Of a stretch of DNA of 64,000 bases, positions 1 to 9,434 are shown piece after piece. The translations under genes and the position numbers were made by a program. This DNA comes from a bacterium (GTDB lineage Bacteria > SAR324 > XYD2-FULL-50-16 > G965216635). The notes beneath the pieces are model-generated. The model was given only the letters and a program-made list of their open reading frames with translations, had not been told where the DNA came from and made no database searches. Numbering within the stretch: the first letter of the stretch is position 1; each line of letters opens with the position of its first letter. The stretch is from assembly GCA_965216635.1 (NCBI GenBank), contig OZ244188.1, positions 2,112,001 through 2,176,000 of the forward strand, read 5' to 3'.

Positions 1-391
1 TTTTATTGAAGAGGCACTAAAAACTGATTGGCTAGCACTCCCACGTCTTTGGGAGACGGGTCACATAGCGGGTTTTTTAAAGGTCAACCGCACGGACGCT
101 CAATTTAAAATGTTAAAAAACAAAAACTTAAAAGCAGAAAACAGAGAAAAAATAGGAAAAATTATAGAGAGCGAAAAAAAAAGTTACACAGTACTAAAAT
201 TACAAAAAGAAGTGAAACTGCCTTGCAATGCAGTGCTCTATAACCCCGAAGGCAAAAAACTAGAGCTAAAAATCGCAGAGTTGGAATCTTTAACTTCTTC
301 CAAAGTAGAAAAAAGTCTAGCCAAAGAGGGGTTTTATATTATGCCGTATGTGCCTTATGGGGTTGCGTCTAGTAGTCTCTTCCTAAATTAG
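1..391 (+). CDS. 3' part of a protein of unknown function; reading frame is open from the window edge
   Basis: The frame of ORF 110..391 stays open back to base 2 (FIEEALKTDWLALPRLWETGHIAGFLKVNRTDAQFK-MLKNK...). The stop TAG lies inside the terminal inverted repeat of the next repeat element. Confidence 0.6.
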   Translation, partial: FIEEALKTDWLALPRLWETGHIAGFLKVNRTDAQFKMLKNKNLKAENREKIGKIIESEKKSYTVLKLQKEVKLPCNAVLYNPEGKKLELKIAELESLTSSKVEKSLAKEGFYIMPYVPYGVASSSLFLN

Positions 392-1177
392 GCATTATAG
401 TTCGGCTATACTGCGTTGCTCAAATTTTTTATTCCTCAAAATACTGGAGTATTCCTCGTAATAAAAAATTTTCGCGCCTTGTCTAGCCTTCCTATAATGC
501 CTAATTCATCTGCTTATTTAACTATTGGGGCTATACTGCGTTGCTCAAATTTTTTATTCCTCAAAATACTGGAGTATTCCTCGTAATAAAAAATTTTCGC
601 GCCTTGTCTAGCCTTCCTATAATGCCTAATTCATCTGTTTAGCCAAAACAGGCTTATTGCTTGACGCTTTTTATGGGCTATTTGTGAAACAGCCAAAGGG
701 CTGTTTCACATTTCATTCTTGCTGAACGTTTAGTTTTGTAGTGTTTTGCACTACGCCATTAAAAAAAAATTTTAACTCTTGAAATACTCCAGTATTCCAG
801 CGAGTTAATTTTTTTTTTTGCCTTGTCTAGCCTTCCTATAATGCCTAATTCATCTGCTTAGCCAAAACAGGCTTATTGCTTGACGCTTTTTATGGGCTAT
901 TTGTGAAACAGCCAAAGGGCTGTTTCACATTTCATTCTTGCTGAACGTTTAGTTTTACAGTGTTTTGCACTACGCCATTAAAAAAAAATTTTAACTCTTG
1001 AAATACTCTCTTATTGCTATCTATTTCATAAGGGCTATAGTAAAAGTGCCTTTTGGCACTTTTACATCTCTTTTTGAGAATTATGCAAGTTTTACAGTGC
1101 CTGGTCACATTATTGTGGCACTACGATATTCCAGCGAGCTAAAATTTTTTTTTGCCTTGGCTAAACAGAACGCTAAT
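386..1177. repeat. Composite cluster of ERIC/RPE-like palindromic repeat (MITE-like) modules
   Basis: 121-bp unit 386-506 with TIR AATTAGGCATTATAG...CTATAATGCCTAATT; partial second copy at ~528-631; further modules repeated at ~219-bp spacing (hairpin TGTGAAACAGCC-AAAG-GGCTGTTTCACA at 683-710 and 902-929). Confidence 0.85.
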
Positions 1178-2020
1178 TCAATAGGTTTTTGTTGTTTTGC
1201 GGACAAATCCATAAGCCCATTGCAACACAAAAGCAGGTAGCAATCTTACCACAGTTCGCAGAATCATATTTCTGATAAACTCTAAAAAATTGATAAAGCC
1301 GCTTTTAAGGAAAAAAGAATGCAAAACCCATTCTGTTTTTAGATATTTCAAACCTCCTCTACGGGCAAACATTTTTTTACTAGCTCTTTGTAGCACAAGA
1401 TTTTCTGGCTGGTTTATTAAACGAAAATCTAAAAGTAACATTTTCACCCATAGGTGATAGTCTTCCATAGCAGGGTAGTCTTCATACCCGCCTGCTTTTA
1501 ATACTACCGCTTTTCTATAAAATACAGTCATATGATTAAAAGGATTTCTTTTTTTAGCGAAGGAGCGCACAGCTTTATAGGTTTTCGGGATGGATTTAAT
1601 TCTATATTGGGATGGAGAATTTTCTAAAAATTCCAAACTCTGCCCGCCTATTAAATCTGCGGTAGGATTTTTTTTTAAAAAATCTACTTGTTTTTGGAAT
1701 CTATGGGGAAGACAAATATCATCGGCGTCAAATCTAGCTATCCATTCGTATTTGCAGGCTGCTATTCCTCTGTTTAGTGTATTGGCTAGCCCTTGGGGCT
1801 CTTTATTTTTTGGGGAGATAGCTTTTAAAGGAATTTTTACTTGATTTATTTTTTTTTGAAAGACACGGATTACTTCTTTCAAGTCTTGGAGAATTTTGCC
1901 GTCTTCTACGATTATTATTTCACTGGGGAGATAGGTCTGAGTGGCAACGCTTTCTAAGGCTGTTTGTAGCCATTCTTTCTTATCTCCTCTATAAACAGGT
2001 ATCAACAAACTAAACTTCAT
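1178..2020 (-). CDS. Glycosyltransferase family 2 (AmsE-like)
   Basis: FSLLIPVY, EIIIVEDG, GLANTLNRG, ARFDADD, MEDYHLW motifs of the GT-A fold. Confidence 0.9.
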   Translation of the reverse strand: MKFSLLIPVYRGDKKEWLQTALESVATQTYLPSEIIIVEDGKILQDLKEVIRVFQKKINQVKIPLKAISPKNKEPQGLANTLNRGIAACKYEWIARFDADDICLPHRFQKQVDFLKKNPTADLIGGQSLEFLENSPSQYRIKSIPKTYKAVRSFAKKRNPFNHMTVFYRKAVVLKAGGYEDYPAMEDYHLWVKMLLLDFRLINQPENLVLQRASKKMFARRGGLKYLKTEWVLHSFFLKSGFINFLEFIRNMILRTVVRLLPAFVLQWAYGFVRKTTKTY

Positions 2021-2021
2021 A

Positions 2022-3083
2022 TTAGGCTAAGTCACCGTATTCTTTAATATGAGGCTTGATTCTTTCGTTTGTGCCGTAGATAAAGTGCTGTTCCATATTT
2101 TCACGGAATCTGCAAGCAGCTGGTTTTTTTCCCATAGCTTCTGCTACTTCTCTAATCAGCATAGGATTAGCACCGCAACAAACTCCTAGATATTTTATCC
2201 CCATCTTGTAAGCCTCTTCGGCAAAAGAGCGAATCTCGTAGCGATTCATAAATAAAGGATCTAGAGCCGTAGGAAAGGTTCTGCCATGTGGAGAAGGACA
2301 GCTACAGTTTGGATAATCGGGCAAATTAAAGAAAGTAGGGTTTTTCTCGCTTGTCCTAAAAGGAATAGGTAAAGCTGCCATGTGGCACTTTAATTTTTTG
2401 CGCGCCTCTCTTAGATAAGGCATCATAGTAGTAGGACCTCTAAAACAATTCATACCCGTAATATCCGCCCCTTTTTGCTCTAGTTCGGACAAGCATTCCA
2501 CAATTTCTACATTATCTCGCATAATATTTTCTCCCATTGGAGAGATTGTCAAAACAGCTGGTAACCCAGAGGCTTTTATAGATTCTAAGGCACAATAGGC
2601 TTCTCCAGCGTAGTAAAAGGTTTCTCCAATAATAAAATCAGCACCTTCCTCTACAGCCCAACCTACCATTTCATCAAACATTGCTCTAACTTCTTTTTGA
2701 GAATTTTCATCATCGGGATTCCAGAGATTTGTATTAGAAATATTTCCAGCCATTAGATTAGGCTCGCTTCCTTCTGGGACATCATCAGCAACTTCTTTAG
2801 CAATTTTTAGAGCAGATCTATTTAAAGGTTCCAAAAGATGCTCTTTTTCAATGATTCTCATTTTTTCGCGGTGTCCGTTATAAGTGAAAGCTTCCACAAC
2901 ATCGGAACCAGCGTGTTGAAAATCTTTGTGTAGACTTTTCAAAGCGTCTGGACACTCCAAGGCAACCTCTGGGACAAATTCTCCAGAAGCAAGGTATCCT
3001 CTTCTTTCCATTTCAAATAAAAAGCCTTCAGCACAAAGAACGCCTTCGGCGTCTAATCTTTCCAATATATTTCTTTTTTTCAT
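2022..3083 (-). CDS. Homocysteine S-methyltransferase family, betaine-homocysteine methyltransferase-like
   Basis: N-terminus ILERLDAEGVLCAEGFLFEMERRGY resembles BHMT; Zn ligands GMNC and GVCCG. Confidence 0.85.
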   Translation of the reverse strand: MKKRNILERLDAEGVLCAEGFLFEMERRGYLASGEFVPEVALECPDALKSLHKDFQHAGSDVVEAFTYNGHREKMRIIEKEHLLEPLNRSALKIAKEVADDVPEGSEPNLMAGNISNTNLWNPDDENSQKEVRAMFDEMVGWAVEEGADFIIGETFYYAGEAYCALESIKASGLPAVLTISPMGENIMRDNVEIVECLSELEQKGADITGMNCFRGPTTMMPYLREARKKLKCHMAALPIPFRTSEKNPTFFNLPDYPNCSCPSPHGRTFPTALDPLFMNRYEIRSFAEEAYKMGIKYLGVCCGANPMLIREVAEAMGKKPAACRFRENMEQHFIYGTNERIKPHIKEYGDLA

Positions 3084-3136
3084 TTTTTGGTTTTTAAAAA
3101 ATTAAGCCTGATTTCTATAGGCTTTATAATACAGTA

Positions 3137-3449
3137 GAGACTATTGAATTAGACATTCTAGTTCAGCTATACTGCGTTGCTCAAATTTTTTATCACTCAA
3201 AATACTCTCTCATTGCATAAGATAAAGTAAAGGATATAGTAAAAGAGCCACTGGCTCTTTTACATTTCACTTTTGCTAAATGCAAATTATAGAGTGTTTT
3301 TCACTACGATATTCTTCGTGGGTAAAAAATTTTCGCGCCTTGTCTAGCTTTCCTATAATGCTAAAGTTCAACAGTCTCAGTAGACTATTGAATTTGCGTT
3401 TTGTTCAGCCAAAACTAGCCGTCACATCAGCGAAATTCAAAGGTCTATA
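3137..3449. repeat. ERIC/RPE-like element with internal hairpin insert, followed by a short element
   Basis: TIR GAGACTATTGAA (3137)...TTCAACAGTCTC (3378); core nearly identical to 386-506 with an inserted module; second unit 3381-3449 ends AATTCAAAGGTCTATA. Confidence 0.8.
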
Positions 3450-3555
3450 CAGGTATTTGGCATTAACAAAGTCCTTATGTTAGTATTTAAATAAAGAAAT
3501 ATCAAACCTTATACAAAATTTGTATTTTTTTTAAAATGCTATTTTGATAAAAAAC

Positions 3556-3585
3556 TTGACAAATTTCTCTTTTTATAGCTAAAAT
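3556..3585 (+). promoter_or_regulatory. Putative sigma70 promoter of rpsA
   Basis: TTGACA-18 nt-TAAAAT, 50 bp upstream of the rpsA ATG. Confidence 0.6.
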
Positions 3586-3634
3586 ATAAACTTTTTATAA
3601 ACGAAATGCAAGTATTTACATAAATATTTAGATT

Positions 3635-6600
3635 ATGACACAAGAAAAAAGTATAGCACAGGCAAAAACACCTCCAATAGAAACTTCTGCTCAAGCAGTA
3701 AAAACTTTGGAAGGAGCAAACACAACGGCTGCTGCTAAAACTAAACAAAAAACACTTCTATCAGCAGTGGTTAGCTCTCCAGTTGAAATTGTAGAGAAAG
3801 AAATTGCTGTAGAACCAGAAGAATCACAAAATTATTTGAGTAATATTCAATTCAATTTTAAAGGTGATGTGAAACTAGAAAAATTCAAATCCAAAAATAA
3901 GTTTGATAAGGAAAGCGTTATTAGCGGAAATGTTATTAGTATTTCGGATGATTTTATAGGTATAGATGTGGATTATAAATCCATTGCTATGATACCCAAA
4001 GAGCAATTTGTAGATAAAGATGGCAATCTGGCTACAGAAATAGGTAAGGAAGAAGAAGTCTATGTAGAACGTTTAGAGGATTCAGATGGACAGATTAAAG
4101 CCTCCAAAAGAAAATTTAAGATAGTTCGTGTTTGGGAGCAGGTACAAACTGCGTTTAAAAAAAAGACGACAGTTGAGGGAACCATTTTAGAAAAAATAAA
4201 GGGTGGTATGAAAGTGGATATTGGGATAACTGCCTTTTTACCAGATTCTCATATTGATTTAAAACCGATTTTTAATATAGAAGATGTTATTGGAAAAACT
4301 TTTGAATTTAAAGTTCTAAAATACAACAAAAAAAGAGCCAATATTGTGATTTCTCGTAGAGCTCTTTTAGAGTTGGACAGATTGGAGAGGAGGGGAGAAA
4401 TTCTCAAAAAGATAAAAAAAGGAAACAAGGTCAAGGGGATGGTGAAAAATATTACGGAATACGGTGCCTTTATAGATATAGGTGGTATAGACGGTCTGCT
4501 CCATATTACAGATATGACTTGGGGTAGAATTTCGCACCCATCTGAAGTTTGTTCTATTGGCGATACGGTAGACGTAATTATTATGGATTTTAATTTAGAG
4601 CAGAATAAGGTCTCACTCGGTTTGAAACAAAAAACTGCAGATCCTTGGGGAAATATCAAAAAATATAAAATAGGTAATGTGGTCAATGGAAAAATCACAA
4701 GTATTACAGCCTACGGGCTTTTTATGGAAATAGAAGAGGGTGTAGAAGGGTTGGTGCACAATACAGAAATGTCTTGGTCTAAAAAAATAATGGGCATTGA
4801 TGATATAAAGCAAAAAGTAGGCGATAAAATCAAAGCTATGGTTAAAGAGATAGACAAGGATAAAAGAAGAATTTCTCTCTCTGTTAGAAAACTAACCCTG
4901 AATCCATGGAACGTAATTGCGGCAACTGTTAAGAAAGATTCTATTATAGAGGGTATGGTACAAAATGTAACAGAGTTTGGTATTTTTATTACTTTACGAC
5001 AAGGAGTAGATGGTTTGGTGCATATTTCCGATATTGATTGGAATAATCGCCAAAAGGCTTTGATGGATATTTATAAAAAAGGACAAAATATTAAAGTGAG
5101 AGTTATTTCTGTAGACGCAAAAACGGAAAGGCTGGCTTTAGGTATTAAGCAACTTACAGCTAATCCATGGATTGGCATAGAGAAAAAATTAGCCGCCGGA
5201 GATTTAGTCAAGGGCACAATTCGCTATATTAGTGAGTTTGGTTTGTTTGTGGAAACAGCTGAAAAAGTAGAAGGTTTGTTGCACATAAATAAAATGGATT
5301 CCAGTCTCAATTCTAAAGAGCAGTTAGAGAAAAAATACGCTATCGGGGATACTATTGGAGTGAAAATTTTAAAAATAGAAGCAAGCACACAAAAATTAGC
5401 TTTTATTTTACAAAAATCTAAGAAGGTAAAATCTGTAACCGAAGCAAAAGACGGTGATGGTTCTGTAACGCAGCCGCCAAAAGTAACTTTTGATACAGAA
5501 ACAAAAACCACACAAGAGCAAAAATCCGAAAGTTCAAAGGAGAGCAAATCGGTAAAGAGCAGCTCAGGAGAAGATAAAAAAGAGAATGTTCCTCAGCAAA
5601 AATCCGAAAGTTCAAAGGAGAGCAAATCGGTGAAGATCAGCTCAGGAGAAGATAAAAAAGATAATATTCCTCAGCAAGAATCCGAAAGTTCAAAGGAGAG
5701 CCAAGCGGTGAAGAGCAGCTCAGGAGAAGATAAAAAAGAAAATGTTTCTCAGCAAGAATCCGAAAGTTCAAAGGAGAGCCAATCGGTGAAGAGCCAATCG
5801 GTGAAGAGCAGCTCAGTAGAAGATAAAAAAGAGAATGTTCCTCAGCAAGAATCCGAAAGTTCAAAGGAGAGCCAATCGGTGAAGAGCCAATCGGTAAAGA
5901 TCAGCCCAGTAGAAGATAAAAAAGAGAATGTTTCTCAGCAAGAACCCGAAAGTTCAAAAGAGAGCCAATTGGTGAAGAGCAGCTCAGGAGAAGATAAAAA
6001 AGAGAATATTTCTCAGCAAAAATCCGAAAGTTCAAAGGAGAGCCAAGCGGTGAAGAGCCAAGCGGAAAAGAGCAGCTCAGTAGAAGATAAAAAAGAGAAT
6101 GTTTCTCAGCAAAAATCCGAAAGTTCAAAAGAGATCCAAGCGCTAAAGAGCAGCTCAGTAGAAGATAAAAAAGAGAATATTTCTCAGCAAGAATCCGAAA
6201 GTTCAAAAGAGATCCAAGCGCTAAAGAGCAGCTCAGTAGAAGATAAAAAAGAAAATGTTTCTCAGCAAAAATCCGAAAGTTCAAAGGAGAGCCAAGCGGT
6301 GAAGAGCCAAGCGGAAAAGAGCAGCTCAGTAGAAGCTAAAAAAGAGAATATTTCTCAGCAAGGATCCGAAAGTTCAAAGGAGAGCCAAGCGGTAAAGAGC
6401 AGCTCAGGAGAAGATAAAAAAGAGAATATTTCTCAGCAAGAATCCGAAAGTTCAAAAGAGATCCAAGCGCTAAAGAGCAGCTCAGTAGAAGATAAAAAAG
6501 AGAATATTTCTCAGCAAGAATCCGAAAGTTCAAAAGAGATCCAAGCGCTAAAGAGCAGCTCAGTAGAAGATAAAAAAGAAAATGTTTCTCAGCAAAAATC

Positions 6601-7432
6601 CGAAAGTTCAAAGGAGAGCCAATCGGTAAAGAGCAGCTCAGTAGAAGATAAAAAAGAGAATATTTCTCAGCAAAAATCCGAAAGTTCAAAGGAGAGCCAA
6701 GCGGAAAAGAGCAGCTCAGTAGAAGCTAAAAAAGAGAATATTTCTCAGCAAGAATCCGAAAGTTCAAAGGAGAGCCAAGCGGTAAAGAGCAGCTCAGGAG
6801 AAGATAAAAAAGAGAATGTTCCTCAGCAAGAATCCGAAAGTTCAAAAGAGATCCAAGCGCTAAAGAGCAGCTCAGGAGAAGATAAAAAAGAGAATATTTC
6901 TCAGCAAGAATCCGAAAGTTCAAAAGAGATCCAAGCGCTAAAGAGCAGCTCAGTAGAAGATAAAAAAGAGAATATTTCTCAGCAAGAATCCGAAAGTTCA
7001 AAAGAGATCCAAGCGCTAAAGAGCAGCTCAGTAGAAGATAAAAAAGAAAATGTTTCTCAGCAAAAATCCGAAAGTTCAAAGGAGAGCCAATTGGGAAAGA
7101 GCAGCTCAGTAGAAGATAAAAAAGAGAATATTTCTCAGCAAAAATCCGAAAGTTCAAAGGAGAGCCAAGCGGTGAAGAGCCAAGCGGAAAAGAGCAGCTC
7201 AGTAGAAGCTAAAAAAGAGAATATTTCTCAGCAAGAATCCGAAAGTTCAAAGGAGAGCCAAGCGGTAAAGAGCAGCTCAGGAGAAGATAAAAAAGAGAAT
7301 GTTCCTCAGCAAAAATCCGAAAGTTCAAAAGAGAGCCAATCGGTAAAGATCAGCCCAGTAGAAGATAAAAAAAAGAATGTTCCCAAAAATTCAATAGATA
7401 TCAAATCGGAGGAGAATAAAGAGGCTACTTAG
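3635..7432 (+). CDS. rpsA: 30S ribosomal protein S1 with a very long C-terminal low-complexity repeat tail
   Basis: Six S1 domains (e.g. VKNITEYGAFIDIGGIDGLLHITDMTWGRISHPSE), then ~620 aa of S/K/E/Q repeats. Confidence 0.95.
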   Translation: MTQEKSIAQAKTPPIETSAQAVKTLEGANTTAAAKTKQKTLLSAVVSSPVEIVEKEIAVEPEESQNYLSNIQFNFKGDVKLEKFKSKNKFDKESVISGNVISISDDFIGIDVDYKSIAMIPKEQFVDKDGNLATEIGKEEEVYVERLEDSDGQIKASKRKFKIVRVWEQVQTAFKKKTTVEGTILEKIKGGMKVDIGITAFLPDSHIDLKPIFNIEDVIGKTFEFKVLKYNKKRANIVISRRALLELDRLERRGEILKKIKKGNKVKGMVKNITEYGAFIDIGGIDGLLHITDMTWGRISHPSEVCSIGDTVDVIIMDFNLEQNKVSLGLKQKTADPWGNIKKYKIGNVVNGKITSITAYGLFMEIEEGVEGLVHNTEMSWSKKIMGIDDIKQKVGDKIKAMVKEIDKDKRRISLSVRKLTLNPWNVIAATVKKDSIIEGMVQNVTEFGIFITLRQGVDGLVHISDIDWNNRQKALMDIYKKGQNIKVRVISVDAKTERLALGIKQLTANPWIGIEKKLAAGDLVKGTIRYISEFGLFVETAEKVEGLLHINKMDSSLNSKEQLEKKYAIGDTIGVKILKIEASTQKLAFILQKSKKVKSVTEAKDGDGSVTQPPKVTFDTETKTTQEQKSESSKESKSVKSSSGEDKKENVPQQKSESSKESKSVKISSGEDKKDNIPQQESESSKESQAVKSSSGEDKKENVSQQESESSKESQSVKSQSVKSSSVEDKKENVPQQESESSKESQSVKSQSVKISPVEDKKENVSQQEPESSKESQLVKSSSGEDKKENISQQKSESSKESQAVKSQAEKSSSVEDKKENVSQQKSESSKEIQALKSSSVEDKKENISQQESESSKEIQALKSSSVEDKKENVSQQKSESSKESQAVKSQAEKSSSVEAKKENISQQGSESSKESQAVKSSSGEDKKENISQQESESSKEIQALKSSSVEDKKENISQQESESSKEIQALKSSSVEDKKENVSQQKSESSKESQSVKSSSVEDKKENISQQKSESSKESQAEKSSSVEAKKENISQQESESSKESQAVKSSSGEDKKENVPQQESESSKEIQALKSSSGEDKKENISQQESESSKEIQALKSSSVEDKKENISQQESESSKEIQALKSSSVEDKKENVSQQKSESSKESQLGKSSSVEDKKENISQQKSESSKESQAVKSQAEKSSSVEAKKENISQQESESSKESQAVKSSSGEDKKENVPQQKSESSKESQSVKISPVEDKKKNVPKNSIDIKSEENKEAT
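5515..7384 (+). repeat. In-frame coding tandem repeat: 23 units of 78 bp (five units are 93 bp)
   Basis: Unit QQ(E/K)SESSKE(S/I)Q(A/S)(V/L)KSSS(V/G)EDKKEN(I/V)(S/P), counted 23 times in the translation. Confidence 0.95.
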
Positions 7433-7463
7433 GAGTAATTAGAGGCATTTTGATTTTCAAAAA

Positions 7464-8762
7464 ATGAATTTTACAGTAGTAGGTGTTAGCTACAAGGAAA
7501 CTCCCATAGAGACCCGAGAGCTACTTTTTATAGACAAGCAGGATTATGGTACACTTTTAAAAAGAATTTACCATCGCTTCCAAATCAAGGAAGTAGTAAT
7601 ACTTTCTACCTGCAATCGTTTAGAAATTTATTCTATAGCTCTCCAAAATTTCCAACCAGAAGATTTATTTGCTGAATTTTTAAAATATAAATCTTTACAA
7701 AAAATTCCTTTTTATTTCCACCAAAAGGAAGCAGCTTATCGGCACTTTTTCCGTGTTTGTAGCAGCCTTGAATCTATGGTAGTCGGTGAAAGTCAAATTT
7801 TAGGACAAGTGAAACAGGCTTGGGAACTATCAAAAAAATACGGGGCTTTAGGCTATGCTATGGAATTTATTTTTCAACAAGCCTTCCATATTGCTAAAAA
7901 AATTCGCACTCATACAAAAATAGCTTTACAGTCTATCTCCATAGGCTCTGCTGCTGTGGATTTAGCGAGTAGTATTTTTGGTAGCCTACAGGAGCAAAAA
8001 ATTCTTGTTATAGGATCTGGAGAGATGGCAGAGTTAATCGTTCGCCACTTAAAAGAAACAGGTGTGCGTCGTGTATTTGTAGCAAGCCGCACTTTTAAGA
8101 ATAGTTCACAATTAGCGGAGCAGTGGAAAGGTTCTGCAATTTGGTATGAGGAACGTTACGATTATCTCTTAGAAAGTAGTATTGTGATTAGCTCTACTGG
8201 GGCAAAAAATTTTGTATTAGAACATAGTAAAACCGCAGCTGCGCTTCACAAAAAAAAACAGTCCACTTTTTTTATTGATATTGCAGTGCCGAGAGATATA
8301 GACCCTGAAATCCATAATATCCCTAATGTTTATTTGTATCATATAGATGATATTCAAACAGTAGCAGATTCTAATTTACAAAATAGACAAAAAGAGGTGA
8401 CTTCTGCTAATTTTCTTTTAGAAGAAGGTTTATCCAATTTTATGGATTTGTTAGAATGGCGTAAAAAATCTTCCTTAATTCTGGCACTACAAAAAAAACA
8501 AACAGAGATAATTAAAAAAGAATTGCAGTCTTTTTTTCAAAAAAATCCAAAGTTTTCCCAATACGAATCTGCAATAGGAGAATTAACAAACAAACTCAAT
8601 AAAAAGTTTTTACACGATCCGCATCTTTTTTTAAAAAAGGGCTATTCTAAAGATGTAGAACTTATTTTTAGAGATATTTTTGCTTTAAAACAAGAAAATA
8701 AACAGAGTAGAAATATGTTGATTCAACAGAGAGAAAAAAAACCAACCGTTATAGACCTTTGA
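7464..8762 (+). CDS. hemA: Glutamyl-tRNA reductase
   Basis: ILSTCNRLEIY, SLESMVVGESQILGQVK, IGSGEMA and DIAVPRDID motifs. Confidence 0.95.
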   Translation: MNFTVVGVSYKETPIETRELLFIDKQDYGTLLKRIYHRFQIKEVVILSTCNRLEIYSIALQNFQPEDLFAEFLKYKSLQKIPFYFHQKEAAYRHFFRVCSSLESMVVGESQILGQVKQAWELSKKYGALGYAMEFIFQQAFHIAKKIRTHTKIALQSISIGSAAVDLASSIFGSLQEQKILVIGSGEMAELIVRHLKETGVRRVFVASRTFKNSSQLAEQWKGSAIWYEERYDYLLESSIVISSTGAKNFVLEHSKTAAALHKKKQSTFFIDIAVPRDIDPEIHNIPNVYLYHIDDIQTVADSNLQNRQKEVTSANFLLEEGLSNFMDLLEWRKKSSLILALQKKQTEIIKKELQSFFQKNPKFSQYESAIGELTNKLNKKFLHDPHLFLKKGYSKDVELIFRDIFALKQENKQSRNMLIQQREKKPTVIDL

Positions 8763-8897
8763 ATTTGCATTCTGTTACCGCCTATGCAGCGTTAAAAATT
8801 TACAAAAAATGCTCACATACTAGCGTGTATGCTCCGCTTTTTTGTAAATTTTATGCCTTGCCTAGCCGTCACATAACGCAAATTTAAAAGGTCTATA
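8750..8897. repeat. 148-bp RPE/ERIC-like palindromic element overlapping the hemA stop
   Basis: TIR TATAGACCTTTGAATTTGC...GCAAATTTAAAAGGTCTATA; internal stems AAAATTTACAAAAAA/TTTTTTGTAAATTTT and CATAC-TAGCGT-GTATG. Confidence 0.85.
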
Positions 8898-8910
8898 TTA
8901 AAATTAAAAA

Positions 8911-9312
8911 ATGAGTAGAAAATTTAGAGTTCCAGTTCCACCAAAACCGAAGCAAAAATATAAAATTAAAGTTTCGGCAAAAAATCTTGAGCTAGAAGTA
9001 GAACCCGAAAAAATCCCTTACGATAGACACGGTTTACCGGGCAGTATTTTAGAAAGAGTGTGTTCTTCTAACGAAGAATTGATAGAACATGCTTGTGGAG
9101 GAGTGCAAGCCTGCTCTACCTGTCATATCTATATTACCAAAGGACTAGACACCATACCCGAGGCATCCGAAAGAGAAGAAGATTACTTAGACAAAGCCAG
9201 AGGAGTAAAACTTAATTCCCGTCTCGCCTGTTGTTGCGTGCCAGACGGCAGTCAAGATATTGAAATTGAAGTGCCTACTTGGAACATCAATCTTGTCAAA
9301 GAGGAGGGATAA
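8911..9312 (+). CDS. fdx: 2Fe-2S ferredoxin (adrenodoxin/ISC type)
   Basis: HACGGVQACSTCHIY...SRLAC motif. Confidence 0.9.
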   Translation: MSRKFRVPVPPKPKQKYKIKVSAKNLELEVEPEKIPYDRHGLPGSILERVCSSNEELIEHACGGVQACSTCHIYITKGLDTIPEASEREEDYLDKARGVKLNSRLACCCVPDGSQDIEIEVPTWNINLVKEEG

Positions 9313-9354
9313 ATTCTCTAAATGATATTGAAATTGAAGTGCCTACTTGGAACA
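9256..9354 (+). repeat. 31-bp perfect direct repeat of the fdx 3' region
   Basis: GATATTGAAATTGAAGTGCCTACTTGGAACA at 9256-9286 and 9324-9354. Confidence 0.9.
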
Positions 9355-9434
9355 AAAATTTTAAACAACGCAGCTGAGACAGCAAATTGGATTTTTAAGG
9401 GAAAATTTTTTGAAATCAATCACACCTGGAAGTA

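Noticed and set aside
998..1240. 80-aa ORF (also 3280..3483 and 41903..42118)
   Set aside because: Translation of palindromic repeat DNA with no protein features.
5418..7157. Series of repetitive minus-strand ORFs (MNFRIFAEK...)
   Set aside because: Antisense shadows of the rpsA tandem repeat.
5515..7384. Possible CRISPR array
   Set aside because: Units are contiguous, in-frame coding repeats with no unique spacers, and no cas genes are present.
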